From Nitrospira sp. (GTDB taxonomy: Bacteria; Nitrospirota; Nitrospiria; Nitrospirales; Nitrospiraceae), in NCBI GenBank assembly GCA_047150005.1, contig AP038806.1, positions 1,856,001 through 1,920,000 on the forward strand: a DNA stretch of 64,000 bases, read 5' to 3'. Shown one piece after another: positions 53,201 to 59,783 of the stretch (the stretch's first letter is position 1; the number at the start of each line of letters is the position of its first letter). The notes under the pieces were generated by a model. The model was given only the letters and a program-made list of their open reading frames with translations. It had not been told where the DNA came from and did no database searches. The translations under genes and the position numbers were made by a program.

Positions 53201-53597
53201 CAACGGCATGGTCGATCCACGTCACGTCGTGACGTGCAACGGACGTCCGGTCCCGCTTCATCCGACCGGGACCGGCGGCGAATTCGTCGCGGGAGTCCGG
53301 TATCGGGCCTGGCAACCGCCTTCAGCCCTGCACCCGACCATCCCGGTGCAGTCCCCGCTGCGGTTCGATGTCATCGATACCTGGACGGGACGTGCGATCG
53401 GCGGCTGCACCTACCACGTGATGCATCCGGGAGGACGGAGCTACGGCGTCTTTCCCGTCAACGCGAACGAAGCCGAAGCCCGACGCCTCGCTCGGTTCTG
53501 GGCCCACGGTCATACGCCGGGGCCGATGACCGTCCAGCTCGAAGACCGGAATCGCGACTTCCCCTTTACCCTCGATCTGCGACGGAAGCCCGCCTAG
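50256..53597 (+). CDS. Transglutaminase + DUF2126 putative amidoligase fusion
   Basis: GSCRDSAW, DLHAWAEVY, DPTSG; TPDPGVIEVN, GTGGGNH, VEFRAFEMPPH. Confidence 0.92.
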   Translation: MSIRVALNHRTHYRFDRPVSLFPHEIRLRPAPHCRTRIHSYSLSARPTNHFISWQQDPYGNYLARLVFPERTTELDVVVDLVADMTVINPFDFFIEPSAERFPFAYQSQLANELAPFLEVDRCGPLLGAWLERFKLADHGESKGTTDFLVRLNQRLQKGIEYIVRLEPGVQACEETLRLRRGSCRDSAWLLVQILRNCGLAARFASGYLIQLVADVKSLDGPPGPKQDFTDLHAWAEVYIPGAGWIGLDPTSGLLAGEGHIPLACTASPSSAAPVIGRTEVCEAELDFRMSVTRIHEDPRVTKPYSDGQWQAIEALGRQVDADLQGGDVRLTMGGEPTFVSIDDMEGAEWNTDALGPTKRKHAGDLLKRLKNRFAPGGLLHYGQGKWYPGEALPRWALGCYWRQDGEPVWHDPALIADESVSYGYSAGHAQKFATKLTERLHLDQAFAIPAYEDVWHYLMEEQKLPINVDPLQRDLKDPEQRRTLARLLDRGLGEVAGYVLPLRAVAPPASSSSGPRKARWISGLWPLKRGRLYLLPGDSPMGYRLPLTSLPWVVPEDVEIEPERDPLEVREPLEPAGSRPRASGALDQCQLAITTSWATSESAQGTVRTALCIEVRQGRLHVFIPPQSYLEDYLDLISAVEQTAAELHSPLWVEGYPPAYDPRLQSFKVTPDPGVIEVNIHPAKDWHELVGNTHVLYEEARQSRLGTEKFMLDGRHTGTGGGNHVTLGGLTPTDSPMLRRPDLLKSLATYWLNHPGLSYLFSGMFVGPTSQAPRVDEARHDHLYELEIAFQQMEARQQSGQDTPTPWLVDRLLRHLLVDLTGNTHRAEFSIDKLYSPDSTMGRLGLVEFRAFEMPPHPRMSLSQLLLLRALVAKFWKQPYQAQVVRWGTQLHDRFMLPHFVSQDMNDVVGDLQASGYPFRNEWFAPFLEFRFPRYGSVVYEGVEVELRQAVEPWHVLGEEAVAGATARYVDSSVERIQVKVNGMVDPRHVVTCNGRPVPLHPTGTGGEFVAGVRYRAWQPPSALHPTIPVQSPLRFDVIDTWTGRAIGGCTYHVMHPGGRSYGVFPVNANEAEARRLARFWAHGHTPGPMTVQLEDRNRDFPFTLDLRRKPA
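53364..53590 (+). repeat. Direct repeat copy 1 (3' end of DUF2126 gene)
   Basis: 227 bp with 5 mismatches to 56253-56479 by manual alignment. Confidence 0.95.
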
Positions 53598-53825
53598 CCC
53601 GACCCACGCCCTCTGAACCGGCTTCCCATCGTCTCCCAGGTGTTGTCCCGGTCGCCACTTCCGACCGGCCTACCGCGGGTCATTCTCTGGATACACCGCT
53701 CGACCTCGCCGTCCCTCTCGGCTGGTGGCAACTTGACAATGGCACCCAAGAGACAGATATTGCCGATGCTTCATGCAGGCATGGAGACGATTCAGGATGA
53801 GCCATCCCCCCTGCTGATTCCAATG

Positions 53826-53852
53826 GGTGAGCTGTTCACCTAATAGTTAAGC
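53826..53852 (+). other. attI-like site / 5' boundary of first gene cassette
   Basis: ...CCTAATA-GTTAAGC: GTTRRRY core at 53846-52, 6/7 complementary to the GCCTAAC ending cassette 1; no attC-type hairpin upstream. Confidence 0.55.
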
Positions 53853-53859
53853 CCATGGG

Positions 53860-54717
53860 ATGCACATGAGTTCTGCGACTATCAAGCTATTCCTACCCGA
53901 CGGCGACGCGAAGGGCCTCCGCACCGCGGAGATATCCAACTGGACGGGCAAGGCGCTGGCCGCTCCCCGAACCGAATTGGACCGTCTCGTCTCCCGGGAC
54001 GAGTGCGAGAAGGCAGGTGTCTATGTTCTCACGGGCACCGACCCAGCGACGAACACGCCGCACGCGTACATCGGTGAGGCGGAGATCATTCGCGATCGCT
54101 TGAAGCAGCACAAGGGCAAGGAATTCTGGGTATCGGCGATCGTCTTCGTAAGTCAGGACGAGAATCTAACGAAGGCTCACGTCCGTTATCTCGAGAGCCG
54201 GTTGCTCTCCGAAGCGGCCAAGATCGGTCGGTTCACGCTGGAGCAGAACCAGGCAACCGGTTCCAAGCTCCCCGAGTCGGACCGGGAAGACATGGAGGTG
54301 TTTCTCTCTCGGATCCGCCAACTCCTTCCGGTCCTGGGATCGGATTTGTTGACGTCAATTGTGGGCGCGAAAGCCAAGCCGACGACTGCCGGCCCGCTTA
54401 TCTGTCGCATCAAGGGTGCTGTTGCACATGGGCAGCGCACCCAGGAGGGATTCGTCGTATTCAGGGGCTCTACTGCGGTTTTGAAAGATCGGCCGTCGGC
54501 GCAGGAGCGTCACCCATTCGCGGTCGTGCTTCGCAAGCAGCTGGTGGCCGACGGGACGCTTGCGCCGAAGGGTGATTTCTACTCCTTTACCAAGGATGCG
54601 GAGTTCTCCAGCCCAAGCACTGCTGCGGCCGTCGTCCATGGAGGAGGCGCAAACGGGCTCACGGAGTGGAAAACCAAGGATGGAACGACCCTCAAGGAGC
54701 TTGACGAGAGGGCCTAA
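53860..54717 (+). CDS. GIY-YIG nuclease + DUF4357 domain protein (cassette 1)
   Basis: GVYVL...AYIGEAE...RLKQH...YLESRL..N; C-terminal FVVFRGS...FSSPSTAAAVVHG..ANG..EWK. Confidence 0.88.
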   Translation: MHMSSATIKLFLPDGDAKGLRTAEISNWTGKALAAPRTELDRLVSRDECEKAGVYVLTGTDPATNTPHAYIGEAEIIRDRLKQHKGKEFWVSAIVFVSQDENLTKAHVRYLESRLLSEAAKIGRFTLEQNQATGSKLPESDREDMEVFLSRIRQLLPVLGSDLLTSIVGAKAKPTTAGPLICRIKGAVAHGQRTQEGFVVFRGSTAVLKDRPSAQERHPFAVVLRKQLVADGTLAPKGDFYSFTKDAEFSSPSTAAAVVHGGGANGLTEWKTKDGTTLKELDERA

Positions 54718-54771
54718 CAACAGCATGCAGCGAATGGCACGCCGCGCCGCTCCTGATGCAGGCCGTTAGCC
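54712..54771 (+). other. attC site 1 (60 bp)
   Basis: R'' GCCTAAC overlapping the stop codon, L'' GCAT(G)CAG pairing with L' CTGATGC, R' GTTAGCC. Confidence 0.88.
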
Positions 54772-54796
54772 CCTTCATTCCTGCACGGGAGGTGCG

Positions 54797-54922
54797 ATGA
54801 CCGTCGCCCTCATCGAAAATACTCCACGACACGTCCGCGAGAACTGGAAGCAAGACAAGATCGATACGCGCACCAAGCAGGCGAAAGACACAGGCTGGGT
54901 TGGGGTTGTTCGCTCTGACTGA
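54797..54922 (+). CDS. Putative 41-aa peptide at start of cassette 2
   Basis: GGGAGGTG RBS; MTVALIENTPRHVRENWKQDKIDTRTKQAKDTGWVGVVRSD*. Confidence 0.35.
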   Translation: MTVALIENTPRHVRENWKQDKIDTRTKQAKDTGWVGVVRSD

Positions 54923-54953
54923 CGTGCGGGAGTGAGCGGGGTGAGGAGCCTCC

Positions 54954-55247
54954 ATGCCGTTCAAGATTACGATCACGGAGGACGCCGATCGTCAGTACCG
55001 ATCGTTGCCAGTGCGCGAGCACCAAATGCTGGAGGCCGCAATCCAGTCCCGTCTGGGGCACGAACCGACCAAGCCGACGAAAGCGATCAAGCGGTTGCGT
55101 CCGAATCCACTCGCGGAATTCGAGCTGCGGGCGGGCGATCTGCGAGCCCTGTAGAATGTCCAGGGGGACGAGGTCGTGATTCTGATCGTCGGCCGTAAGG
55201 TGGGTAACAAGCTGATTGTGGAGGGGGAGGAGTTCCATGGCCATTAA
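54954..55247 (+). pseudogene. RelE/ParE-family toxin with in-frame TAG at 55152-55154
   Basis: ...IKRLRPNPLAEFELRAGDLRAL*NVQGDEVVILIVGRKVGNKLIVEGEEFHGH*; the stop sits where the Tyr of R.G..R..Y is expected. Confidence 0.8.
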
Positions 55248-55503
55248 GACAATCCCGTTGAGCCGCCTGGAAGCGGACCTCAAACAGACGCTGAATGAGT
55301 GCGTTGAGTCTGGCGAGACTGTTGTGGTCGAGATGCCGGATCAACGGCTCTTGGCAATCCAGACGTTGGAGTCGCAGGAAGCTGACACGTTGATGGATCA
55401 GTTGCTGGCGTCCAATCCGAAGTTTCAAGCGTTAGTCAAGAAATCAAAGGCCGGCCCGCGCAAACCGTTTACTGCGGGGAAGCCGGGGCTAACCAACGGC
55501 TGA
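55237..55503 (+). CDS. Antitoxin, Phd/YefM-like
   Basis: MAIKTIPLSRLEADLKQTLNECVESGETVVV; overlaps the toxin 3' end; GGAGGAG RBS. Confidence 0.7.
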   Translation: MAIKTIPLSRLEADLKQTLNECVESGETVVVEMPDQRLLAIQTLESQEADTLMDQLLASNPKFQALVKKSKAGPRKPFTAGKPGLTNG

Positions 55504-55586
55504 AACTGACCGGGGCCAGCATCCTGGTTTCGCACGGCATGAAGGGCTTGCAGGCCGCCCTGTCGGCTATATCCTTATCGTTGGTG
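55487..55586 (+). other. attC site 2 (about 100 bp, degenerate)
   Basis: R'' GGCTAAC (GGGGCTAAC is the exact reverse complement of the cassette start GTTAGCCCC at 54765); imperfect internal stem CTGACCGGGG / CCCTGTCGG; ends at GTTGGTG. Confidence 0.7.
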
Positions 55587-55739
55587 TTCGCTCTCGTCGA
55601 TACCGCGGCTCAGCGCCAGGGCAGCGGGGTGTAGCGCTTGGCATGTGAGCGTGGCATACTGAGGCTCGAACAAGGATCCCCCCGTCCTGGCGCCAGGCCG
55701 GGGAGTTGGTGTTACGGAGCATCGATGGGAGGGAAACCC

Positions 55740-55940
55740 ATGTCGAAGGTTGACGAACGCAAGACAGCAATCGAGAGACTTCCCCAAGAGGAGTTCACAG
55801 AACTCGTCCGGTGGCTCTCAGAAAAGGACTGGGAGCGGTGGGACAAGCAGATCGAAGTCGACTCTGAGGCCGGGAAGCTGGATTTCCTGATGCGTGAGGC
55901 GCTCGAAGAAAAAACGAAGAGGACCCTCAAGGACCTGTGA
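55740..55940 (+). CDS. Putative antitoxin (66 aa)
   Basis: MSKVDERKTAIERLP.EE...WL...WERWDKQIEVD..AGKLD.L..EA; GGGAGG RBS; GTGA overlap with toxin. Confidence 0.75.
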   Translation: MSKVDERKTAIERLPQEEFTELVRWLSEKDWERWDKQIEVDSEAGKLDFLMREALEEKTKRTLKDL

Positions 55941-56200
55941 ACCATCGCACAACGGCTCGGTTCTAGGCTTGCTATTCGCACCTTCCGGAAGCCGTCCAAA
56001 GAGTAGCCCGCCACAACTTCGACCTTCTGAAAGACAATCCATCACACCCTTCGCTGCACTTCAAAAAGGTTGGCAAGCTGTGGTCCGTGAGGGTTGGACC
56101 TCATCATCGGGCGCTGGCCGTTGAGGATGGGCCAGATTTCGTTTGGGTTTGGGTCGGACCTCATGATGAGTATGAGCGACGTATCAAGCAGCAGAGCTAA
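55937..56200 (+). pseudogene. ParE/RelE-like toxin with in-frame TAG at 55964-55966
   Basis: Manual translation MNHRTTARF*ACYSHLPEAVQRVARHNFDLLKDNPSHPSLHFKKVGKLWSVRVGPHHRALAVEDGPDFVWVWVGPHDEYERRIKQQS*. Confidence 0.82.
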
Positions 56201-56252
56201 CTCAGCGCTTCAGCAGATCGCCTGCAGCGACCGCTGAGCTTGGTCGTTGGTA
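56195..56252 (+). other. attC site 3 (58 bp)
   Basis: R'' AGCTAAC overlapping the toxin stop, L'' GCT(T)CAGC pairing with L' GCTGAGC, then GTTGGTA. Confidence 0.85.
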
Positions 56253-56492
56253 TTCGATGTCATCGATACCTGGACGGGCCGCGCGATCGGCGGCTGCACC
56301 TACCACGTGATGCATCCGGGAGGACGGAACTACGGCGTCTTTCCCGTCAACGCGAACGAAGCCGAAGCCCGACGCCTCGCTCGGTTCTGGGCCCACGGTC
56401 ATACGCCGGGGCCGATGACCGTCCAGCCCGAAGACCGGAATCGCGACTTTCCCTTTACCCTCGATCTGCGACGGAAGCCAGACGTCGGATAA
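56247..56492 (+). pseudogene. Duplicated 3' fragment of DUF2126 gene (direct repeat copy 2 = 56253-56479)
   Basis: [21 protein letters not shown]...[14 protein letters not shown], near-identical to the C-terminus of 50256-53597. Confidence 0.9.
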
Positions 56493-56514
56493 CCACTCGG
56501 GAAGGGGCCGTGCT

Positions 56515-57495
56515 TCACCGCACGGTCTCCTTCGTCGTGACCCCTTCGACCGGACGCAAGGCGAAAAACGTTTCGTAAATGGCGTCGTCGATCCGATTGA
56601 GCTTGAATTGAAAGTCATCGAAAAACTCGTGCAACCCGCCCGATAAGATGTCCGCCATATCGATGTAGTCCATTTCCGAGCGTAACCTGCCCAACCGTTT
56701 TTCCGCCAAATTGTTGTGCCTATCGCTTTCCGATCCGGCAATCGCACGGAGTGAATCTTCAGCCTTGATGAGGCAATAGCGGATGGTTCGCGGAAAGTTC
56801 GGATTGAGAATCAGAAATTCGGCCACCGTGTTGGGCGAAATGCGACCATGCTGCTTGCAATACATCTCGAGGGCGCTGGCGGACTTCAACAGCGCGGACC
56901 ACTGGATGATATCGAAGGGCGTGCCGACTTCGCCTACGGTTGGGAGCAACATGAAATATTTCACGTCGAGGATGCGGGATGTCTTGTCCGCTCGTTCCAG
57001 CAGGCGGCCGAGTCTGGCGAAATGCCAGCCTTCCCCATGCGACATGGTGGCATCGGTGATTCCCAGGAAGAGATGACTGGCGCCTTTGACGTCCAACAGA
57101 AATGCGTGGAGGTTATGGCTGGAGAGTCCTGTGGACACGGCGTCCCTGACCATCAAATGGAAGCGATTGACCTGTTCCCACATATCGGTGGAGATGATTT
57201 CCCTGACCGATCGTGCGTTCTCACGGGCGGCCACGAGGCAGGACAAGATCGAATTGGGGTTCGCGGCGTCCGCAGAAAGGAATCGGATCACGGCATCCCT
57301 CGTAGCTTTGCCGTAGCGGCCCGCAAACACCTCATGGTCGCCTGTGGTGGCGACCAACGGTTCCCACTGCTCGGCGGTCCCCCTGGGAAGGTCGAGGGTG
57401 AGGTTCAGGTTCACCTCGATGAATCGAGCATAGTTCTCGGCCCGTTCGATATAGCGGTTCAACCAATAGATGGAACTTGCCACTCGACTCAGCAT
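56515..57495 (-). CDS. Alpha-E domain protein
   Basis: MLSRVA..IYW..RYIERAEN.AR, ARENAR..RE, LGRLLERADKT.RILD. Confidence 0.92.
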   Translation of the reverse strand: MLSRVASSIYWLNRYIERAENYARFIEVNLNLTLDLPRGTAEQWEPLVATTGDHEVFAGRYGKATRDAVIRFLSADAANPNSILSCLVAARENARSVREIISTDMWEQVNRFHLMVRDAVSTGLSSHNLHAFLLDVKGASHLFLGITDATMSHGEGWHFARLGRLLERADKTSRILDVKYFMLLPTVGEVGTPFDIIQWSALLKSASALEMYCKQHGRISPNTVAEFLILNPNFPRTIRYCLIKAEDSLRAIAGSESDRHNNLAEKRLGRLRSEMDYIDMADILSGGLHEFFDDFQFKLNRIDDAIYETFFALRPVEGVTTKETVR

Positions 57496-57568
57496 CGATG
57501 GCCGTGCCGCGCGCGCTCGTCTGGAGCTCGCCTGTCGCCGCTCTGTGATTCGGTGATGAACGAGGAGG

Positions 57569-58999
57569 TCATGAGAGAACCCACGTATCCTTGTTCCCTC
57601 CGCCTTGCGATGAGTTCACCACGAGGGAGCCTTTCCGCAATGCCACGCGCGTCATGCCTCCCGGCAGCACGTAGACACTCTGACCGTACAAGATGTAGGG
57701 ACGCAGATCGACGTGACGCCCTTCCAAATGATCCTCCACGAGGGTAGGCACCCTTGAGAGTGACAGGGTCGGCTGCGCAATATAGTTTCGCGGGTCCGCC
57801 TGAATACGCCGTGCGAAATCTTCACGTTCCTGCTTCGACGCGTGGGGTCCGATCATCATGCCGCAGCCACCGGCCTCGTTCGTCGCTTTGACCACCAGTT
57901 GATCCAAATGGTCCAACACATACGTCCGGTCCCGCTCTTCGGAACAGACATAGGTGGGAACGTTCCTGAGGATGGGCTCCTCGGCCAAGTAATAGGTGAT
58001 GATCTTTGGGACGTAGGCATAGACAGCCTTGTCGTCGGACACACCGGTGCCTGGAGCGTTGACGATGGCCACGCGGCCCTTTCGGTATACATCCATGACG
58101 CCGGGAATGCCGAGGAGAGAGTCGGGACGGAAGACTAACGGGTCCAAAAATTCATCATTGATCCGTCGATAGATGACATCCACGCGCTGCAACCCCTTGG
58201 TGGTCCGCATGTGCACGGATCCGTCCACCACCACCAGATCGGTGGCTTCGACCAATTCCACTCCCATTTTTTGTGCGAGTAGGGAGTGCTCGTAATAGGC
58301 GGAGTTGTAGATCCCGGGTGTTAAGATCACGACGGTGGGATCGGGGACATCCGAGAGATAGCGGAGCGTGTCCAAGAGCTGGCTTGGATAGCCATCGACC
58401 GGCCGCACCCGATAGGCGTCAAACAGCTCTGGGAAGGTCCGCTTCATGACCTGCCTGGCTTCCAGCACATAGGCGACGCCGGACGGGCAGCGCATATTGT
58501 CCTCGAGGACGTAGTAGTGGCCGTCATTGATACGGACCAGATCGATTCCGGCAATGTGGCACCAGATGCCTCGCGGTGGGTTAAGACCGATGCAGGGTTG
58601 CAAGAAGCCTTTGCTGGAATAGATCAGCTCGCCGGGCACCACTCCGTCTTTGACTATCCTCTGATCGTGGTAGATGTCGTCGATGAAGTGATTCAAGGCA
58701 CGCATACGCTGGCGAAGCCCGGACTCGATGTGCTCCCAATCCGCTGCCTCGACAATCCTGGGCACAATATCGAAGGGAAAGACTTGCTCATGTCCGTCGG
58801 TACTTCCGTAGACACCGAACGTCATTCCCATGTTCAAAATGACCCGTTCTGCGGCTTGCTGGCGCTTCTTAAGTTCCCCATTGGCCAGCGCAGCGAACTT
58901 TCTCAACAGCAGCGAGCTTCCGGGCCGTGGTTCTCCTATCCGTTCGTACAGTTCGTCGTAAAATCCTTCGGGATCGTACCCAGAGAATCGTATGCTCAT
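57569..58999 (-). CDS. Circularly permuted type 2 ATP-grasp protein
   Basis: PFDIVPR, GIDLVR, LEDNMRCPSG, IYRRI.D.FLDP, NAPGTG..DDK, RHVDLRP, VVNSSQGGG.KDTWV. Confidence 0.93.
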   Translation of the reverse strand: MSIRFSGYDPEGFYDELYERIGEPRPGSSLLLRKFAALANGELKKRQQAAERVILNMGMTFGVYGSTDGHEQVFPFDIVPRIVEAADWEHIESGLRQRMRALNHFIDDIYHDQRIVKDGVVPGELIYSSKGFLQPCIGLNPPRGIWCHIAGIDLVRINDGHYYVLEDNMRCPSGVAYVLEARQVMKRTFPELFDAYRVRPVDGYPSQLLDTLRYLSDVPDPTVVILTPGIYNSAYYEHSLLAQKMGVELVEATDLVVVDGSVHMRTTKGLQRVDVIYRRINDEFLDPLVFRPDSLLGIPGVMDVYRKGRVAIVNAPGTGVSDDKAVYAYVPKIITYYLAEEPILRNVPTYVCSEERDRTYVLDHLDQLVVKATNEAGGCGMMIGPHASKQEREDFARRIQADPRNYIAQPTLSLSRVPTLVEDHLEGRHVDLRPYILYGQSVYVLPGGMTRVALRKGSLVVNSSQGGGNKDTWVLS

Positions 59000-59077
59000 C
59001 TCGACCTCTCGAAAGCGGTCGTTATCCTGTGTCGCCGGTTGCTCGGATCGCGGCCGTAAGAATGAAGCATCGTTGTG

Positions 59078-59653
59078 CTATCGTCCAATTGGAATCTCGA
59101 TCACCAACCCGCCCATCACGTCATTCAGCTTGAAATCCCTCTTCGGACTGCTTGGGTGCTCATTGTGGCAGTCGATGCAGGCCCTGGTGACGGCATGATC
59201 TGCGTAGATCGCTTGAAAATAGCTCTGACCGCCGATCTTGACGGTGCCTGTCGACGCTCGATCCGGGTGGTCACGCACCGCTTCGAGCCCGGCCTTCTCC
59301 GCTCCGTCGTACGGGGCGTTCTGGGGGTTGATGGGCCAGAGGCTGATGAGACGGTATCGGACCTTGGTTCCGGTTTTCGCCGCGAGTTCGCTCGACTCCA
59401 TCAAGAACTGGGCGGGCAGCGGCAATCTGTTCCTTTTCGTGCGCCAGTCTTCGGCGGCGACCGATCCGCCCTCCTTCTGCATTCGTTCAACCACATGCAC
59501 GCTGTAGAACGTTCGGTCCGCCTCGATGACGGCATGAATGTAGTCGGCGACGGTTTCCGGAGGGATGCCCTCCCGTTCCGAAGCTCCCCCGCGATCTGCA
59601 AGAAGCACGCTGAGGCCCACTATTGCGCTCGCGACGAAGACGATCGCTCTCAT
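59078..59653 (-). CDS. DUF3365 / Tll0287-like c-type heme protein
   Basis: Signal peptide; LISLWPINPQN; CIDCH heme motif; DVMGGLVI. Confidence 0.8.
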   Translation of the reverse strand: MRAIVFVASAIVGLSVLLADRGGASEREGIPPETVADYIHAVIEADRTFYSVHVVERMQKEGGSVAAEDWRTKRNRLPLPAQFLMESSELAAKTGTKVRYRLISLWPINPQNAPYDGAEKAGLEAVRDHPDRASTGTVKIGGQSYFQAIYADHAVTRACIDCHNEHPSSPKRDFKLNDVMGGLVIEIPIGR

Positions 59654-59783
59654 ACCGTGACCTCCTCTCGTGAAAGTTGGACCGGCCTCAGGCCTGTAGC
59701 ATAATCCCCCATCCCAGGAGGAGGCAATCGACCGTACTCTCCAATTGCATTCGGGGGAATCTCTTTAGTAGCGTGGACTCGAT

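Larger units (their letters stand above)
53846..56252 (+). mobile_element. Integron cassette array lacking an adjacent integrase (CALIN)
   Basis: Three attC sites, each directly at the end of the preceding gene; no intI in window. Confidence 0.85.

Noticed and set aside
53598..53845. Possible intI remnant upstream of the cassettes
   Set aside because: The minus-strand frames I translated from ATG codons were short and lacked tyrosine recombinase or IntI N-terminal motifs.
54712..56252. Repeated palindromic elements as a CRISPR array
   Set aside because: Elements are non-identical, gene-spaced and have attC architecture; no cas genes.
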